64,000 nt of DNA from Candidatus Marinacidobacterales bacterium (GCA_965224085.1 CBDCYI010000005.1:1216001-1280000), one strand, 5' to 3'. Shown: positions 1-11,229, numbered from the stretch's first letter. Program-made: numbers and translations. Notes: generated by a model from the letters alone, not told the origin.

Positions 1-34
1 CGAGGGCGAGCCAGGCAACCACCGTGGGCTTCAT
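1..34 (-). CDS. 5' end of a gene running off the window edge (PilO-like by context)
   Basis: ATG at 34 overlaps the TGA of the upstream pilN-like gene (ATGA); reads MKPTVVAWLAL... Confidence 0.4.
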   Translation of the reverse strand, partial: MKPTVVAWLAL

Positions 35-558
35 GGCCGCCCTCCTATCAAGTCCACCTGCAGGCGGATCGTCAGCAAGCCGTCCGGAGCTCGCCGCTCT
101 TCGAGAAGTTGCGTCGCAGCCACCCGTGGCGAGCTCGCAACGTTTTTTTGAAGCTCCGTCACGTCTGCGGCGCGCTCGGCCCGAGCTTCGATCGTCAAGC
201 TTGCGCGCGGCGGGATGGGATCGATGCTGACGTCCACGAGAGCCACACGGTCCGGTAATGTCCGTTCGAGGAGCTTCAGTAGCTCCGTCGCAGGGATCGC
301 TTCCGCGACGCCGGATTCAAAGACGGCGCGAAGCTGCCACAAGACAGCGCGGCTTTCATGAAGTGAATCCGAAGACAGCGCCCTCGAAAGCTCTCCCTCC
401 ACTGCGGCCAGCTCACCGCCGAGCGCCGCGAGCTCTCGGCGCTCGCGATAGCGCTCGATGCCGTGGAAGAGCGTGAGTACGGCGGCGAAGACCAGGAGCA
501 GGGCTCCCGCTTGACCCCAACTGCTTTTTCGCGGCCCGAGATGGATCCCAGCGTTCAT
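31..558 (-). CDS. PilN-like type IV pilus/T2SS alignment protein
   Basis: One N-terminal TM helix, coiled coil, then LL..LE..LP..V.L pattern; follows pilM-like gene. Confidence 0.6.
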   Translation of the reverse strand: MNAGIHLGPRKSSWGQAGALLLVFAAVLTLFHGIERYRERRELAALGGELAAVEGELSRALSSDSLHESRAVLWQLRAVFESGVAEAIPATELLKLLERTLPDRVALVDVSIDPIPPRASLTIEARAERAADVTELQKNVASSPRVAATQLLEERRAPDGLLTIRLQVDLIGGRP

Positions 559-1388
559 GGCCGCGGACGCTCCAGCAAAGTCGTGACGGCCGAGGCCAGC
601 AAACGATCCTCGCCGTCATCTTCGACATGAACGCGTCCGAGCTCGGGGATCTCTTCGAGGACGGTCGCGAGTGCGGCCGCACCTTGTCCGAGCACGGTGA
701 TGGAGCACGAGGCAACGCCGTGAAGGGCCGGCAAGCGCGTCACTTCTCGCTGCACGCCGTCCAATATGCCCGCCGGCCGGAGCTTGACGCGTAAATCGAC
801 GAGCGCCCCCTCGACGAAGACCGACAGACAGTAGTGGTTCTCGTAGAGCTGAAGCTGAACGTGGAGCCCACTCCCACCGGACGGTCGCGCCCATACGGGG
901 ATTCTCGCCAAGCTGGCGCCATCAACCCATCCGAGGCGGCTGTCGGTGGCCTCTACGACCTGCTCGTATTGGCCGGCCACCGCCTCCCGGACCGCGGCGC
1001 CGAGCACCTCGCCACCGCGCCCTCGCCAGAAATCGAAGCGGGCCTCTCGACTCGGAAACGCCAGTTTCGCACCCATCTCGCCCTTGAGCTCTTTCTCCGA
1101 CGCCCCCCGGCGCGAGGGGTACAGCGCCGTCACGATCGAACGATCGGGCAACAGAACCACGACGCCTTCGCGGTGGGCTTCGAGCTCTCCGAGAGCGTCT
1201 TCGGTGAGCTGGGCGAGCTCCGAGACGGAGCGGATGTTGGGGGAAACCGAGGAGGGCGCTACGAGCCCTACAGGAAGCTCTCGCATGGCAATCTGTAGGG
1301 GCCGTTCACTGCGAACGGCGAGGACGAAACGTTCCGAAAAGGCGAGGCCAATACGTGCCCGCCGGAAAGGCCAGAAAGAGCTCGACAT
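555..1388 (-). CDS. PilM-like pilus assembly protein
   Basis: IGLAFS...LPVGLV..S...NI and VLLPD patterns resemble the actin-like PilM N-terminus; start moved to ATG 1388. Confidence 0.55.
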   Translation of the reverse strand: MSSSFWPFRRARIGLAFSERFVLAVRSERPLQIAMRELPVGLVAPSSVSPNIRSVSELAQLTEDALGELEAHREGVVVLLPDRSIVTALYPSRRGASEKELKGEMGAKLAFPSREARFDFWRGRGGEVLGAAVREAVAGQYEQVVEATDSRLGWVDGASLARIPVWARPSGGSGLHVQLQLYENHYCLSVFVEGALVDLRVKLRPAGILDGVQREVTRLPALHGVASCSITVLGQGAAALATVLEEIPELGRVHVEDDGEDRLLASAVTTLLERPRP

Positions 1389-1435
1389 AACTGCTCGCGC
1401 CGGATCCGAGCCGCCGGCCCGTCCGCGCAGACCCA

Positions 1436-1479
1436 ATTATAGTTTGATATGGCTTGCCGCGAGGGGCCGATGGTATAAT
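1436..1479. promoter_or_regulatory. Divergent sigma70-type -10 elements
   Basis: TGGTATAAT (extended -10) on + at 1471-1479 toward the EF-G paralogue; TATAAT on - at 1441-1436 toward pilM. Confidence 0.55.
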
Positions 1480-1594
1480 CCGCGGCTCAGGAGTCCGAGG
1501 GGGAATCCGATCAGCGTTTCGATCAAGACCGGCCCGAGTCCGGATCGAGCGCCTGGTGGGGCCGGCCCTACCTCTTACATCCGACGGAGGCCCG

Positions 1595-3673
1595 ATGAAG
1601 ATCTATGATACTGCCGGTATCCGCAACGTTGCCATCGTGGGGCACGGTGGCTCTGGAAAGACTTCGCTGACGTCGGCGATGCTGTTCGATGCTGGCGCTG
1701 TCAACCGTCTTGGCAAGGTCGAAGACGGTAATACCGTGACCGATTTCGACGCGGATGAGATCGCCCGCCAAATCAGCCTATCCACGTCGCTCGCCCATTG
1801 CGAGTGGAACAAAACGAAACTCAATATTCTCGATACTCCTGGATATGGCAACTTCATCCAGGAGGCGCGCTTGGCAGTCCAAGTAGCGGACACGATGCTC
1901 ACCAACATCTGCGGCGTGGCCGGGGTCGAAGTGCAAGCGGAAAAGGTCTGGCAGTTCGCGGATGAGTTTGGGCCCGCGCGTATGATCGTCATCAACCGCC
2001 TCGACCGCGATCGTTCCAGTTTTTCTCGGTCGTTCGAATCGGTCAAAGAAACGTTTGGCCGACAGGCCGTTCCTGTCCAGCTCCCGGTGGGGGAAGAAAG
2101 CGCCTTCAAAGGCGTCGTCGATCTCGTGCGGATGCGCGCCTATATTTACGAAAACAACGAGAAAGGCTCGTTCGAAGAACAGGATGTCCCCGCGGAGATG
2201 AAAGACGAAGTCGAGGCCGCGCATGGCGCGCTCGTGGAGATGGTGGCCGAGGGCGACGATGGCTTGATGGAAAAATATTTCGACCAGGGCGAGTTGAGCG
2301 CGGAAGAGCTCCTTTCGGGTTTGAGACAAGCGATTCTCGCGGGCAATGTATACCCGGTCTTTGCGTGTGCCGGCGCCAAGAACATTGCGGTGCAACCTCT
2401 CATGAACGCACTCACCGAGCTCGGCCCGGCGCCGGACGCACGCGGTGAGACCGCCGCGCTCGACGCCGATGGCAACGAAATCACGCGCAAAGTCTCGAGC
2501 GAAGAGCCGGCAAGCGCCCTTATTTTCAAGACCATTGCCGACCCGTTCGCGGGGCGCATCAGTTTGTTCAGGGTCATGAGCGGCGTCCTCAAACCGGATT
2601 CCTCGTATCAGAACACGGCGTCCGGCTCGGCCGAGCGCGTGGGAAGCTTGGGGCTTCTACAAGGGAAGGACTCTGTTCCTGTCGATGAGATTCGAGCCGG
2701 GGACCTCGGCTCGGTCGCCAAGCTCAAGGACAGCCATACTGGCGACAGTCTGGCTGACAAGTCCGCGCCCGTGATCTTCAAGAAGGTCGTGTTTCCCGAG
2801 CCTGTGATCAGCTTCGCCATCGAGCCAAAGTCTCGGGGGGACGAAGAAAAGATCAACCAGGCCCTCCAGCGCATGGGCGAAGAAGATAACATGCTGCGTT
2901 TCCGCCGGGACGGTGAGCTCATTCTCTCCGGCACGGGCCAGCTCCATATCGAGGTGGTCGTCGCGCGCCTCAAAGAGAAATTCGGCGTCGAAGTCGAGCT
3001 TCATCCGCCGAAAGTCCCGTATCGCGAGACCATCAAAGGGACGGCCGAGGCGCATGCGCGGCACAAGAAACAAACAGGCGGCCACGGCCAGTTCGCCGAT
3101 TGCCACGTGCGCTTCGAGCCCCTCGAATCAGGCGCCGACTTCCAGTTCGGCAACGAAGTCTTTGGAGGCTCCATCCCCAGGCAGTTCATCCCCGCAGTAG
3201 AAAAAGGCATTCAACAAGCGCGGCTCAAGGGCTTTCTCGCTGGCTTTCCGATGGTCGACTTCAAGGCCACGGTTTTCGATGGAAAACACCACGCGGTGGA
3301 CTCGTCCGAAATGGCGTTCAAGATCGCCGGCTCGATGGCGTTCAAAGAAGCGATGGTGAAATGCAAGCCCACACTTCTCGAGCCCATCATGGATGTGGAA
3401 ATCACTGTCCCGGAGGAGAGTACCGGAGATGTGATGGGCGACCTCAACTCACGCCGCGGGCGGACTCAGGGGATGGACACGAAAGGCAACGCCACTTCCA
3501 TCAAGGCGCAGGTACCCATGGCGGAGATGTTGAGCTACGAGCCCGCTTTGACGTCGATGACAGGCGGGCGAGGCACCTTCCACATGGAGTTCTCTCACTA
3601 CGAGGAAGTGCCCGCGCACCAGATTCAGAAGATCGTGGCGGAACGCAAGGCGGAGCAAGAAGCCAAAGCGTAG
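1595..3673 (+). CDS. fusA: Elongation factor G paralogue (EF-G2 type)
   Basis: [35 protein letters not shown]; GGAGG RBS before ATG 1595; lacks canonical RGITI. Confidence 0.9.
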   Translation: MKIYDTAGIRNVAIVGHGGSGKTSLTSAMLFDAGAVNRLGKVEDGNTVTDFDADEIARQISLSTSLAHCEWNKTKLNILDTPGYGNFIQEARLAVQVADTMLTNICGVAGVEVQAEKVWQFADEFGPARMIVINRLDRDRSSFSRSFESVKETFGRQAVPVQLPVGEESAFKGVVDLVRMRAYIYENNEKGSFEEQDVPAEMKDEVEAAHGALVEMVAEGDDGLMEKYFDQGELSAEELLSGLRQAILAGNVYPVFACAGAKNIAVQPLMNALTELGPAPDARGETAALDADGNEITRKVSSEEPASALIFKTIADPFAGRISLFRVMSGVLKPDSSYQNTASGSAERVGSLGLLQGKDSVPVDEIRAGDLGSVAKLKDSHTGDSLADKSAPVIFKKVVFPEPVISFAIEPKSRGDEEKINQALQRMGEEDNMLRFRRDGELILSGTGQLHIEVVVARLKEKFGVEVELHPPKVPYRETIKGTAEAHARHKKQTGGHGQFADCHVRFEPLESGADFQFGNEVFGGSIPRQFIPAVEKGIQQARLKGFLAGFPMVDFKATVFDGKHHAVDSSEMAFKIAGSMAFKEAMVKCKPTLLEPIMDVEITVPEESTGDVMGDLNSRRGRTQGMDTKGNATSIKAQVPMAEMLSYEPALTSMTGGRGTFHMEFSHYEEVPAHQIQKIVAERKAEQEAKA

Positions 3674-3710
3674 TGCCTGACTGGATCTTTTCCTTGTTGT
3701 TGAAGCGAGT

Positions 3711-4220
3711 TTACTTGGAATCCTTCTCGTCGTCGTCTTCGTCGTTGGCGTCGTCCTCTTCGGCTTCGGCCGACGCCTCGACTTCCTCAGGCTCGTCCTT
3801 GGCCTTCGACTTTTTTTTCTTCACTTCGGGTGGAGCCGCTGGTGCTCCATCCGCGCCCTTGAAGACGAAGTCCACGAACTCGATGAACGCCATCGGCGCA
3901 CCGTCGCCGCTACGCGGGCCGAGCTTCAAGATGCGGGTATAGCCGCCCGGGCGCTCGGAAAAGCGCGGCGAGATCTCACCGAAGAGTCGACGCACAACGT
4001 CCTTCTGAGGAAGGATGGATAACGCTCGGCGGCGGGCATGGAGCGAATCCCTCTTTCCGAGCGTCACGAGTTTTTCCACGAAAGGCCGCAGCTCCTTCGC
4101 TTTGGCTTCCGTCGTGCGAAGGCGCTCGTGTTTGATTAGGGATGCCGCCAGGTTGCGCAGCAAGCTCAGCCGATGCTCGGAAGTGCGGCCGAGCTTGCGA
4201 TGAGCGACGCGATGTCTCAT
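3711..4220 (-). CDS. rplQ: 50S ribosomal protein L17, acidic C-terminal tail
   Basis: MRHR...[19 protein letters not shown]. Confidence 0.97.
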   Translation of the reverse strand: MRHRVAHRKLGRTSEHRLSLLRNLAASLIKHERLRTTEAKAKELRPFVEKLVTLGKRDSLHARRRALSILPQKDVVRRLFGEISPRFSERPGGYTRILKLGPRSGDGAPMAFIEFVDFVFKGADGAPAAPPEVKKKKSKAKDEPEEVEASAEAEEDDANDEDDDEKDSK

Positions 4221-5176
4221 GACTCGATTCTCATCCCCAGCGAAAGCCCCATCGTTCCAAGAATCTCTTTGATCTCATTGAGGGACTTGCGCCCGAAATT
4301 CTTGGTCTTCAGCATTTCTGCTTCCGACTTGGTCACGAGCTCGCCGATCGTCTTGATATCCGCGTTTTTCAAGCAGTTATACGAGCGGACGGACAGCTCG
4401 AGCTCGTCGACGCTGCGGTTCAGATGTTCCACTATCGCGTCGCGCTCGGTCTCGGTCACGGTCTCGTCCACCGCAATCTCCTCTTCGAAATTGACGAAGA
4501 TGGTCAGGTGGTCCTTGATGAGCTTCGATGCGAGGCCGACCGCGTCCTGCGGCGTCACACAGCCATTCGTCCAGACATCCAAGGTCAACTTGTCGTAGTC
4601 GGTAGCTTGCCCCACGCGGGCGGCCTCGACGACGTAGTTCACCTTCTTGATGGGCGAATGGACGGAGTCGAGCGGGATATAGCCGATCGAAAGGTCCTCT
4701 TCGAAGTTCTTGTCGGCCGAAACATAGCCCCTGCCGTCGTTGAGACGGATCTCGATGCCGAGCTTCCCCGACGCGGACAAGTTGGCGAGCGGGATGTCCG
4801 GATCGAGAACTTCGACATCTGACGGAAGATCGATATCGCCCGACTTCACGACGCCTTCGCCCTGGGCATGAAGAGTGACCGTCTTCGGCCCGGGCGTGCG
4901 CAGCTTGAAAGGGATGCGTTTCAAGTTCAATATGATCTCGGTTGAGTCCTCGAGCGCTCCCGGAATTGGGGAGAACTCGTGGAGCACGCCATCGATCTTC
5001 ACGGCGGTGATGGCCGTGCCTTCGATGGACGACAGGAGCACGCGCCTGAGTGCGTTTCCGATCGTGGTTCCGAAACCACGTTCGAAGGGCTGCGCGTAGA
5101 ACCGGCCGAATGTTTGGGTCAAGGTAGAATGGTCCACCTCGAGCCGCTTGGGCTTTTGAAATCCTGTCCAGAGCAT
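4217..5176 (-). CDS. rpoA: RNA polymerase alpha subunit
   Basis: [32 protein letters not shown]; ATG 5176 with GGAGG RBS. Confidence 0.97.
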   Translation of the reverse strand: MLWTGFQKPKRLEVDHSTLTQTFGRFYAQPFERGFGTTIGNALRRVLLSSIEGTAITAVKIDGVLHEFSPIPGALEDSTEIILNLKRIPFKLRTPGPKTVTLHAQGEGVVKSGDIDLPSDVEVLDPDIPLANLSASGKLGIEIRLNDGRGYVSADKNFEEDLSIGYIPLDSVHSPIKKVNYVVEAARVGQATDYDKLTLDVWTNGCVTPQDAVGLASKLIKDHLTIFVNFEEEIAVDETVTETERDAIVEHLNRSVDELELSVRSYNCLKNADIKTIGELVTKSEAEMLKTKNFGRKSLNEIKEILGTMGLSLGMRIES

Positions 5177-5197
5177 ACGTTCGAAAGACCTCCTCTG

Positions 5198-5265
5198 GTC
5201 GCGTCCCGCGGCAAGCGCGGGACCTGCTGTAGTCGCGTCCCGCGGCAAGCGCGGGACCTGCTGTA
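5198..5265. repeat. Exact 34-bp tandem duplication, each unit with an 8-bp hairpin
   Basis: GTCGCGTCCCGCGGCAAGCGCGGGACCTGCTGTA at 5198-5231 and 5232-5265; stem GTCCCGCG/CGCGGGAC. Confidence 0.9.
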
Positions 5266-5271
5266 GTCGAC

Positions 5272-5901
5272 TTACTTCGAATAGAGCTCGACGATGAGCT
5301 GCTCTTGAAATGAAAGCTCCAGGTCGTCACGGGCGGGAAGTGCCGCGACCCTGCCTGTTGTACCTTCTTCGTTGAGCTCCAACCACTTGGGCACGCCGCG
5401 GCTTTTTACGACTTCGGCAGCGTGCTGGAACTGATCGTGTTTTGTATATTTCGTGCTGATAGAAACGAGGTCGCCTTTGCGCACGGAATAAGATGGGATG
5501 TTGACCCGGCGTTCACCGACACGCACGTGACCGTGGCGGACGAGCAGACGCGCTTGAGGCCGCGAGGTGGCGAAGCCGAGCCGATAGACCGTGTTGTCGA
5601 GTCGCCGCTCGAGCGACTGCAACAAGATCTCGCCCGTGATGCCACGAGTGCGCTCGGCGCGCTCGAAATAGAGCCGAAATTGCTTCTCGAGAAGCCCATA
5701 GGCTCTTTTGACCTTCTGCTTTTCTCGCAGCTGGAGGCCATAGCCCTGGATGCGCGCTCGACGAGACTTGCCGTGAGCGCCCGGTGCGAAGTTCCGCTTA
5801 TCGATGGCGCATTTCGGGCCGAAGCAGCGCTCCCCTTTCAGGAAAAGCTTCATCCCTTCGCGCCGGCAAAGCCGGCAAACTGGACCACGATACCTAGCCA
5901 A
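5272..5901 (-). CDS. rpsD: 30S ribosomal protein S4
   Basis: [29 protein letters not shown]. Confidence 0.97.
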   Translation of the reverse strand: MARYRGPVCRLCRREGMKLFLKGERCFGPKCAIDKRNFAPGAHGKSRRARIQGYGLQLREKQKVKRAYGLLEKQFRLYFERAERTRGITGEILLQSLERRLDNTVYRLGFATSRPQARLLVRHGHVRVGERRVNIPSYSVRKGDLVSISTKYTKHDQFQHAAEVVKSRGVPKWLELNEEGTTGRVAALPARDDLELSFQEQLIVELYSK

Positions 5902-5982
5902 TAGTGTCCTCCGGGCCGGAAGCGCTCGGCTCTCGGCATTCAGCGTTCATGTCGTTCATAACGGATACGTTCGGCATCTCCC

Positions 5983-6399
5983 TTACACCCGGCGCCGCTT
6001 GGGAGGGCGGCAGCCATTATGCGGGATCGGAGTCACGTCGCGGATGGACTTGACAATGATTCCCGCCGCTTGTAGCGCGCGGATGGCGGATTCGCGTCCG
6101 GATCCGGGCCCTTTCACCCGAACCTCCAAGCTCTTACATCCCATGGACCTCACCGCTTGAGCCACCTGGCTCGCTGCCTGCTGCGCGGCGAAAGGTGTTC
6201 CTTTGCGCGAGCCTTTGAAACCGAGGCCGCCCGCGCTCGCCCAAGCCACGACATTGCCTTCCTTGTCGGAGACCGTCACGTGCGTGTTGTTGAAGGTGGC
6301 TTGAATATGGGCGACCCCACTCAAGAGAGTACGCTTTTCCTTCTTCTTGAAGGTCTTGCGCTTCCCCTTCTTGTCGTCTTTCTTCTTCTTCTTTGCCAT
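5983..6399 (-). CDS. rpsK: 30S ribosomal protein S11
   Basis: [31 protein letters not shown]. Confidence 0.97.
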   Translation of the reverse strand: MAKKKKKDDKKGKRKTFKKKEKRTLLSGVAHIQATFNNTHVTVSDKEGNVVAWASAGGLGFKGSRKGTPFAAQQAASQVAQAVRSMGCKSLEVRVKGPGSGRESAIRALQAAGIIVKSIRDVTPIPHNGCRPPKRRRV

Positions 6400-6417
6400 G
6401 ACGTGACTACCTCTTCC

Positions 6418-6783
6418 TCATCTTTTTCTCATTTGGCCGCGCTTCGGCCCTTTACGCGTCCTGGCATTGGTGCTCGTGCGCTGTCCTCGCGCCGGGAGAC
6501 CGCGGCGATGACGAAGACCGCGATAGGCCCCGATATCCATCAAACGCTTGATGTTCATCGAGACTTCTTTGCGCAGGTCACCCTCGACACCTCCTTCGGC
6601 GTCGATCGCCCTGCTGATCTGACTGACCTGCTGCTCGGTCAACTCCTTGACGCGAGTCGCGGGTTCGATACCCGCCTTGGCGAGAATCTTGGCAGACCGG
6701 ACGTGGCCGATTCCATAAATATGGGTCAGGCCAATGCCGATCCGTTTTTCCCGCGGCAAATCCACTCCGGCAATACGTGCCAC
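6418..6783 (-). CDS. rpsM: 30S ribosomal protein S13
   Basis: [26 protein letters not shown]. Confidence 0.97.
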   Translation of the reverse strand: MARIAGVDLPREKRIGIGLTHIYGIGHVRSAKILAKAGIEPATRVKELTEQQVSQISRAIDAEGGVEGDLRKEVSMNIKRLMDIGAYRGLRHRRGLPARGQRTSTNARTRKGPKRGQMRKR

Positions 6784-6819
6784 GCTAGCTTCTCCTTTGG
6801 TTCCCCTAGTTCCTCAAGC

Positions 6820-6933
6820 TCAACCCTGCCGCTGTTTGTGCTTGGGGTTGACACAAATAACCCGTACAACACGGTTACGACGAACAATTTTGCATTTCGT
6901 GCAAAAGCGCCGAACGGACGCTCTGACTTTCAT
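6820..6933 (-). CDS. rpmJ: 50S ribosomal protein L36 (not in ORF track)
   Basis: Manual translation [37 protein letters not shown]. Confidence 0.95.
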   Translation of the reverse strand: MKVRASVRRFCTKCKIVRRNRVVRVICVNPKHKQRQG

Positions 6934-6952
6934 GACGGCTTCCTTCTCAGAC

Positions 6953-7171
6953 TCACTTGTACCGATAGACGATGCGACCTCGCGTCAGGTCATAGGGCGA
7001 AAGCTCTACCAGAACCTTGTCGCCGGGAAGGATGCGGATGAAATGCTTTCGCATCTTCCCCGAGACATGCGCGAGAACTTTATGTTTATTGTCCAGCTCG
7101 ACTTTGAACATAGCGTTCGGAAGCGGCTCCAGCACTGTTGCCGAAACTTCGATGGCATCTTCTTTAGACAT
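6953..7171 (-). CDS. infA: Translation initiation factor IF-1
   Basis: [23 protein letters not shown]. Confidence 0.97.
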   Translation of the reverse strand: MSKEDAIEVSATVLEPLPNAMFKVELDNKHKVLAHVSGKMRKHFIRILPGDKVLVELSPYDLTRGRIVYRYK

Positions 7172-7191
7172 CGCTAGCCACCTTGAAATAA

Positions 7192-8001
7192 TTAGATAAC
7201 GTTACCCACCTTAGAACCATTAGATGACGCTAGCTCCTTCGGATAAACCCGCCTGGGCTCCGCGAGAATCCAGGGACCCGAATCGGTGATGGCCACCGAG
7301 CGCTCGAAGTGAGCGGAAAAGCCGCCATCAGCGGTCACGACCGTCCACTTATCTACCAAAGTCCTCACATGACTCTCGCCGGTATTGACCATCGGCTCGA
7401 TCGCGAGGCACATACCTTTTTTCAAGCGCGGGTCGCGGCCCGCTTGTACGTAGTTCGGCACTGGCGGATCCTCGTGAAGTGACCGGCCGATGCCGTGGCC
7501 GACGAAATCGCGCACGACCGAATAGCCGTGGCGCTCGACATGGCATTGCACCGCATAGCCGATATCCGAAATGTGGTTGCCGGCCTCCATGGCCTCGATG
7601 CCTTTGTACATCGCCTGCTCGGCTACGGTGAGAAGCTTAAAAAGCCGCTCCGGAATGGCTCCGACACCTACGGTCATGGCGTTATCGCCGTAATAGCCGT
7701 CCACGACTGAACCCAAATCCAAGCTCACGATGTCACCCTCTGCGAGAACCTTTTTGTCGGACGGGATTCCGTGCACGACCTCGTCGTTAACGGACACGCA
7801 CAGCGACGCGGGAAAACCGCGATAGCCTAGAAACGCCGCTTTGGCGCCCTCGCGCGCGAGCGAATCCGCTGCGATGCGGTCGAGCTCCGCCGTCGTGATG
7901 CCCGGCTCGAGCGCCGTCTTCAACAGCTCGAGTGTTTGCAATACGATGGCGTTTGCCTGGTGCATCTTCTCGAGCTCTTTGTCGGAGCGACGGCGAATCA
8001 T
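7192..8001 (-). CDS. map: Methionine aminopeptidase type I
   Basis: [31 protein letters not shown]. Confidence 0.95.
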   Translation of the reverse strand: MIRRRSDKELEKMHQANAIVLQTLELLKTALEPGITTAELDRIAADSLAREGAKAAFLGYRGFPASLCVSVNDEVVHGIPSDKKVLAEGDIVSLDLGSVVDGYYGDNAMTVGVGAIPERLFKLLTVAEQAMYKGIEAMEAGNHISDIGYAVQCHVERHGYSVVRDFVGHGIGRSLHEDPPVPNYVQAGRDPRLKKGMCLAIEPMVNTGESHVRTLVDKWTVVTADGGFSAHFERSVAITDSGPWILAEPRRVYPKELASSNGSKVGNVI

Positions 8002-8576
8002 GCGCTCGGCTCCTTCGTCGAGGCGATAAGACTCGTGAGTCTCTCGAAAACTGCGTCGATCGCGCCCCGGCCGTCGATGGCCGAAACCCTGTCCCTATAA
8101 TAGTCCAAAAGGGGCGCCGTCTGCTTCTGATAGACATGAAAGCGGTTGAGCATGGTCTCTTCGCTGTCATCCGAGCGTTGATCTTCGCCGCGCCGGCCTG
8201 CGATCCGCCGCCGGAGCTCGTCTTCATCGAGCTCGAGATTGGCGATGACCACCGGCAGCATCTCCGCTTCGCCGAGGAGCGCGTCGAACGCCTCCGCTTG
8301 CGGGATGGTGCGGGGAAAGCCGTCCAGGATAAACCCAGAACCGCAATCGTCCTCGGCGAGTCGCTCCCGGATAATCCCGAGCATCACGTCGTCACCCACG
8401 AGCTGGCCGCGATCCATGATCTCTTTAGACCTCCGCCCGAGCTGCGTCCCCGCCTGAGCCGCCTCCCGCAAGATGACGCCCGTGGAGATATGGGGAATCC
8501 CGAGCTCCGTGGCCAGGCGCGTCGCCTGCGTGCCTTTGCCCGCTCCCGGTGGTCCCAAAAGTATCAGCCGTATCAT
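7998..8576 (-). CDS. adk: Adenylate kinase (short-LID type)
   Basis: GPPGAGKGTQA, ILDGFPRT. Confidence 0.95.
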   Translation of the reverse strand: MIRLILLGPPGAGKGTQATRLATELGIPHISTGVILREAAQAGTQLGRRSKEIMDRGQLVGDDVMLGIIRERLAEDDCGSGFILDGFPRTIPQAEAFDALLGEAEMLPVVIANLELDEDELRRRIAGRRGEDQRSDDSEETMLNRFHVYQKQTAPLLDYYRDRVSAIDGRGAIDAVFERLTSLIASTKEPSA

Positions 8577-8585
8577 GGTTATCGC

Positions 8586-9971
8586 CTAACCTCGCCGTCC
8601 TCTGATCCGACCGCGTTTCATGAAGCCGTCATAGTGCCGCATGATGAGCTGGCTTTCGATCTGCTGCACCGTATCCATGGACACACCGACGATGATGAGA
8701 AGCGACGTGCCGCCGAAATAGAAAGTCACGCCGAGCCCCTGCGTGATCCAGGTCGGCAAAAAGCTGTCGAGATAAGGTCCGATGAGAGGAATCGGCGCCA
8801 CCCGGAAACCGGCGATCATCCACTCGGGGAGCACCGAGACCGCCGCCAAATAGACGGCGCCGCCAAAGGTCAAACGCGTGAGAATGTTATCGATATATTC
8901 GGCGGTTCTCTTACCGGGTCGGATGCCGGGGACGTAGCCGCCAAATTTTCTCATGTTGTCGGCGACGTCATCGGGATTGAAGATGATGGCGGTGTAGAAA
9001 TAACAGAAGAAGATGATCGCCGCGACGTAGAGGAGCGTATAGAGCGGCATGCCCCAGGCGAGCTGGTCAGCGATATTCGTCATCCAGATGCTGTTCGGAA
9101 ACATGGAGGCGACGGTCTGAGGCAGCGCGATGATGGAGCTCGCGAAAATCACGGGGATGACGCCGCCCGTGTTCACTTTGAGTGGCAGATGGGTGGATTG
9201 CCCTTGATACATCTTCCGGCCGACGACGCGCTTCGCATATTGGACCGGGATGCGCCGCTGGGCACGCTCGACATGGACGATGAAGCCGACGACGACGACC
9301 ATGAAGGCGGTGAGCAAGATGATCTGGAACACGGACTGCTGGCCCGTCGAGACGTTCCCAAGCGTCGTGATGATGCCCGCCGGGAAGCCGACCACGATAC
9401 CGGCGAAGATCAGAAGCGACATTCCGTTGCCGATGCCACGCTCCGTGATCTGCTCACCAAGCCACATGATGAAGACGGTGCCCGCGGTGAGCGTGAGCAC
9501 GGTCATCAACGTGAAAGCGAGGCCGGGATTGGCGACGAGCGTGAGACCGCCGGTGAGCTCGGTGTTCTGTAGGAACGCGGCGATCCCGCCTGATTGGATG
9601 ACGCTCAGGAGCACGGTGCCGTAGCGCGTATATTGCGTGATCTTCTTCCGCCCGAGGTCGCCTTCCTTCGACAGCTTTTCGAGATAAGGCCAAACGACGG
9701 TCAGAAGCTGGAGGATGATCGAAGCGCTGATATAAGGCATGATGCCGAGCGCGAAAACGGTCACCCGAGAGAGGTTCCCGCCAGAGAACATATCCACGAA
9801 ACCGAACCACGTGTCTCGATTCTGATCGAAGAAATCCGTGAGCGCGCGCGCGTCGACGCCGGGCGTGGGGATATGATTTCCCAGCCGATAAATGGCGAGC
9901 ATTCCCAGAGTGAACAGACAACGGTTCCTCAGTTCCGGAATGCGGAAGATGTTCTTGAGGCTCTCGATCAC
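8586..9971 (-). CDS. secY: Preprotein translocase SecY
   Basis: [33 protein letters not shown]. Confidence 0.97.
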   Translation of the reverse strand: MIESLKNIFRIPELRNRCLFTLGMLAIYRLGNHIPTPGVDARALTDFFDQNRDTWFGFVDMFSGGNLSRVTVFALGIMPYISASIILQLLTVVWPYLEKLSKEGDLGRKKITQYTRYGTVLLSVIQSGGIAAFLQNTELTGGLTLVANPGLAFTLMTVLTLTAGTVFIMWLGEQITERGIGNGMSLLIFAGIVVGFPAGIITTLGNVSTGQQSVFQIILLTAFMVVVVGFIVHVERAQRRIPVQYAKRVVGRKMYQGQSTHLPLKVNTGGVIPVIFASSIIALPQTVASMFPNSIWMTNIADQLAWGMPLYTLLYVAAIIFFCYFYTAIIFNPDDVADNMRKFGGYVPGIRPGKRTAEYIDNILTRLTFGGAVYLAAVSVLPEWMIAGFRVAPIPLIGPYLDSFLPTWITQGLGVTFYFGGTSLLIIVGVSMDTVQQIESQLIMRHYDGFMKRGRIRGRRG

Positions 9972-10414
9972 ACCTTGAGCTCCTCGAAACGCCCACCAGC
10001 GGCTTCGATTTTGGCCTTGGCGGTCTCACTGAAGGCGTGGGCCTGGACGACGAGCTTCGTCTTGAGCTCACCGTTTCCGAGCACTTTCACGCCGTCGCAA
10101 CGCTTGCGAATGAGCCGCTGCTGCACGAGAAGCTCCGGCGTCACCACCGAACCTTCGGGCAGGCGATCTAGATCGCGAACGTTCACCGTCTCGATATGCT
10201 TCTTGAAGATGTTGGTGAACCCTCGCTTTGGCACTCGGCGGATAAGGGGCATCTGTCCGCCTTCGAAACCACGGCGCCGAGAGTAGCCGGAACGCGACTT
10301 GGCGCCCTTATGGCCGCGGCCTGCGGTCTTGCCTCGGCCCGATCCCGGACCTCGACCGATGCGCCGCTTCGATTTGAGCGCACCCGCTGCGGGCTTGAGT
10401 GATTCTAGACTCAT
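9968..10414 (-). CDS. rplO: 50S ribosomal protein L15
   Basis: [26 protein letters not shown]; start moved to ATG 10414. Confidence 0.95.
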   Translation of the reverse strand: MSLESLKPAAGALKSKRRIGRGPGSGRGKTAGRGHKGAKSRSGYSRRRGFEGGQMPLIRRVPKRGFTNIFKKHIETVNVRDLDRLPEGSVVTPELLVQQRLIRKRCDGVKVLGNGELKTKLVVQAHAFSETAKAKIEAAGGRFEELKV

Positions 10415-10460
10415 TTTCAGTTCCAGTTTTCCGTTGCTATTTACCAAATTACAAATGCTT

Positions 10461-10718
10461 CTATGATTTTTCGACTTCGAGGAGATGGAGAACCTTGGTC
10501 ACCATCCCGCGGATTTCTGGGGTGTCCTGCCGCTCGACGCTGTGACGGATCCTACGAAGTCCGAGACCTCTTACGGTCTCTCGTTGCCGCTTCGTTGAGC
10601 CGATCAAGCTCTTGACGAGCTTCAGCTTCAGGATGCCCTTTTTCGACGTCTTCTTCTTCGACTTCGCGGTCTTTTTCTTCACGGCTTCTTTCTTCGCTTC
10701 GGGCTTTTCGTCGGACAT
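10461..10718 (-). CDS. rpmD: 50S ribosomal protein L30 with Lys-rich N-terminal extension
   Basis: KSLIG...[10 protein letters not shown]...DTPEIRGMV. Confidence 0.93.
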   Translation of the reverse strand: MSDEKPEAKKEAVKKKTAKSKKKTSKKGILKLKLVKSLIGSTKRQRETVRGLGLRRIRHSVERQDTPEIRGMVTKVLHLLEVEKS

Positions 10719-10722
10719 CGAT

Positions 10723-11229
10723 TTAACCCGTTACCTCAGCCACGTCCTTGCCGCGCAGGCGCGCCACGTCTTCGGCACTCCGAAGCTCACTGAGCCCGGT
10801 CATGGTGGCCTTGACCACGTTCTGCGGATTGGCGGTTCCGAGAGACTTCGTGAGAATGTCCCGGATGCCGGCCGCTTCCACGACCGCGCGTACCGCGCCG
10901 CCCGCGATGACGCCCGTGCCCGCGGTGGCAGGCTTGAGCAAGACACGGCCCGCACCGAAAACGCCCGTCACCTGATGCGGAATAGTGCCGCCCGAAAGCG
11001 GCACACGGACCAAGGTCTTTTTGGCGATCTCGATCCCCTTGCGGATGGCAGAGGGCACCTCTTTGGCTTTTCCGAGTCCGAAGCCTACATGGCCGTTGCC
11101 GTCGCCCACGACGACGAGCGCGCTGAAGGAGAGGTTCTTTCCGCCCTTGACGACCTTCGTGACGCGATTGATGCTGACGACCTGGTCTTTGAGGTCGAGT
11201 TGGCTGGCGTCGACTTTTTTTCGTAACAT
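10723..11229 (-). CDS. rpsE: 30S ribosomal protein S5
   Basis: [17 protein letters not shown]. Confidence 0.97.
   Translation of the reverse strand: MLRKKVDASQLDLKDQVVSINRVTKVVKGGKNLSFSALVVVGDGNGHVGFGLGKAKEVPSAIRKGIEIAKKTLVRVPLSGGTIPHQVTGVFGAGRVLLKPATAGTGVIAGGAVRAVVEAAGIRDILTKSLGTANPQNVVKATMTGLSELRSAEDVARLRGKDVAEVTG

Noticed and set aside
5198-5265. 34-bp palindromic repeat as a CRISPR array
   Set aside because: Units are directly adjacent with no spacers, and no cas genes are present
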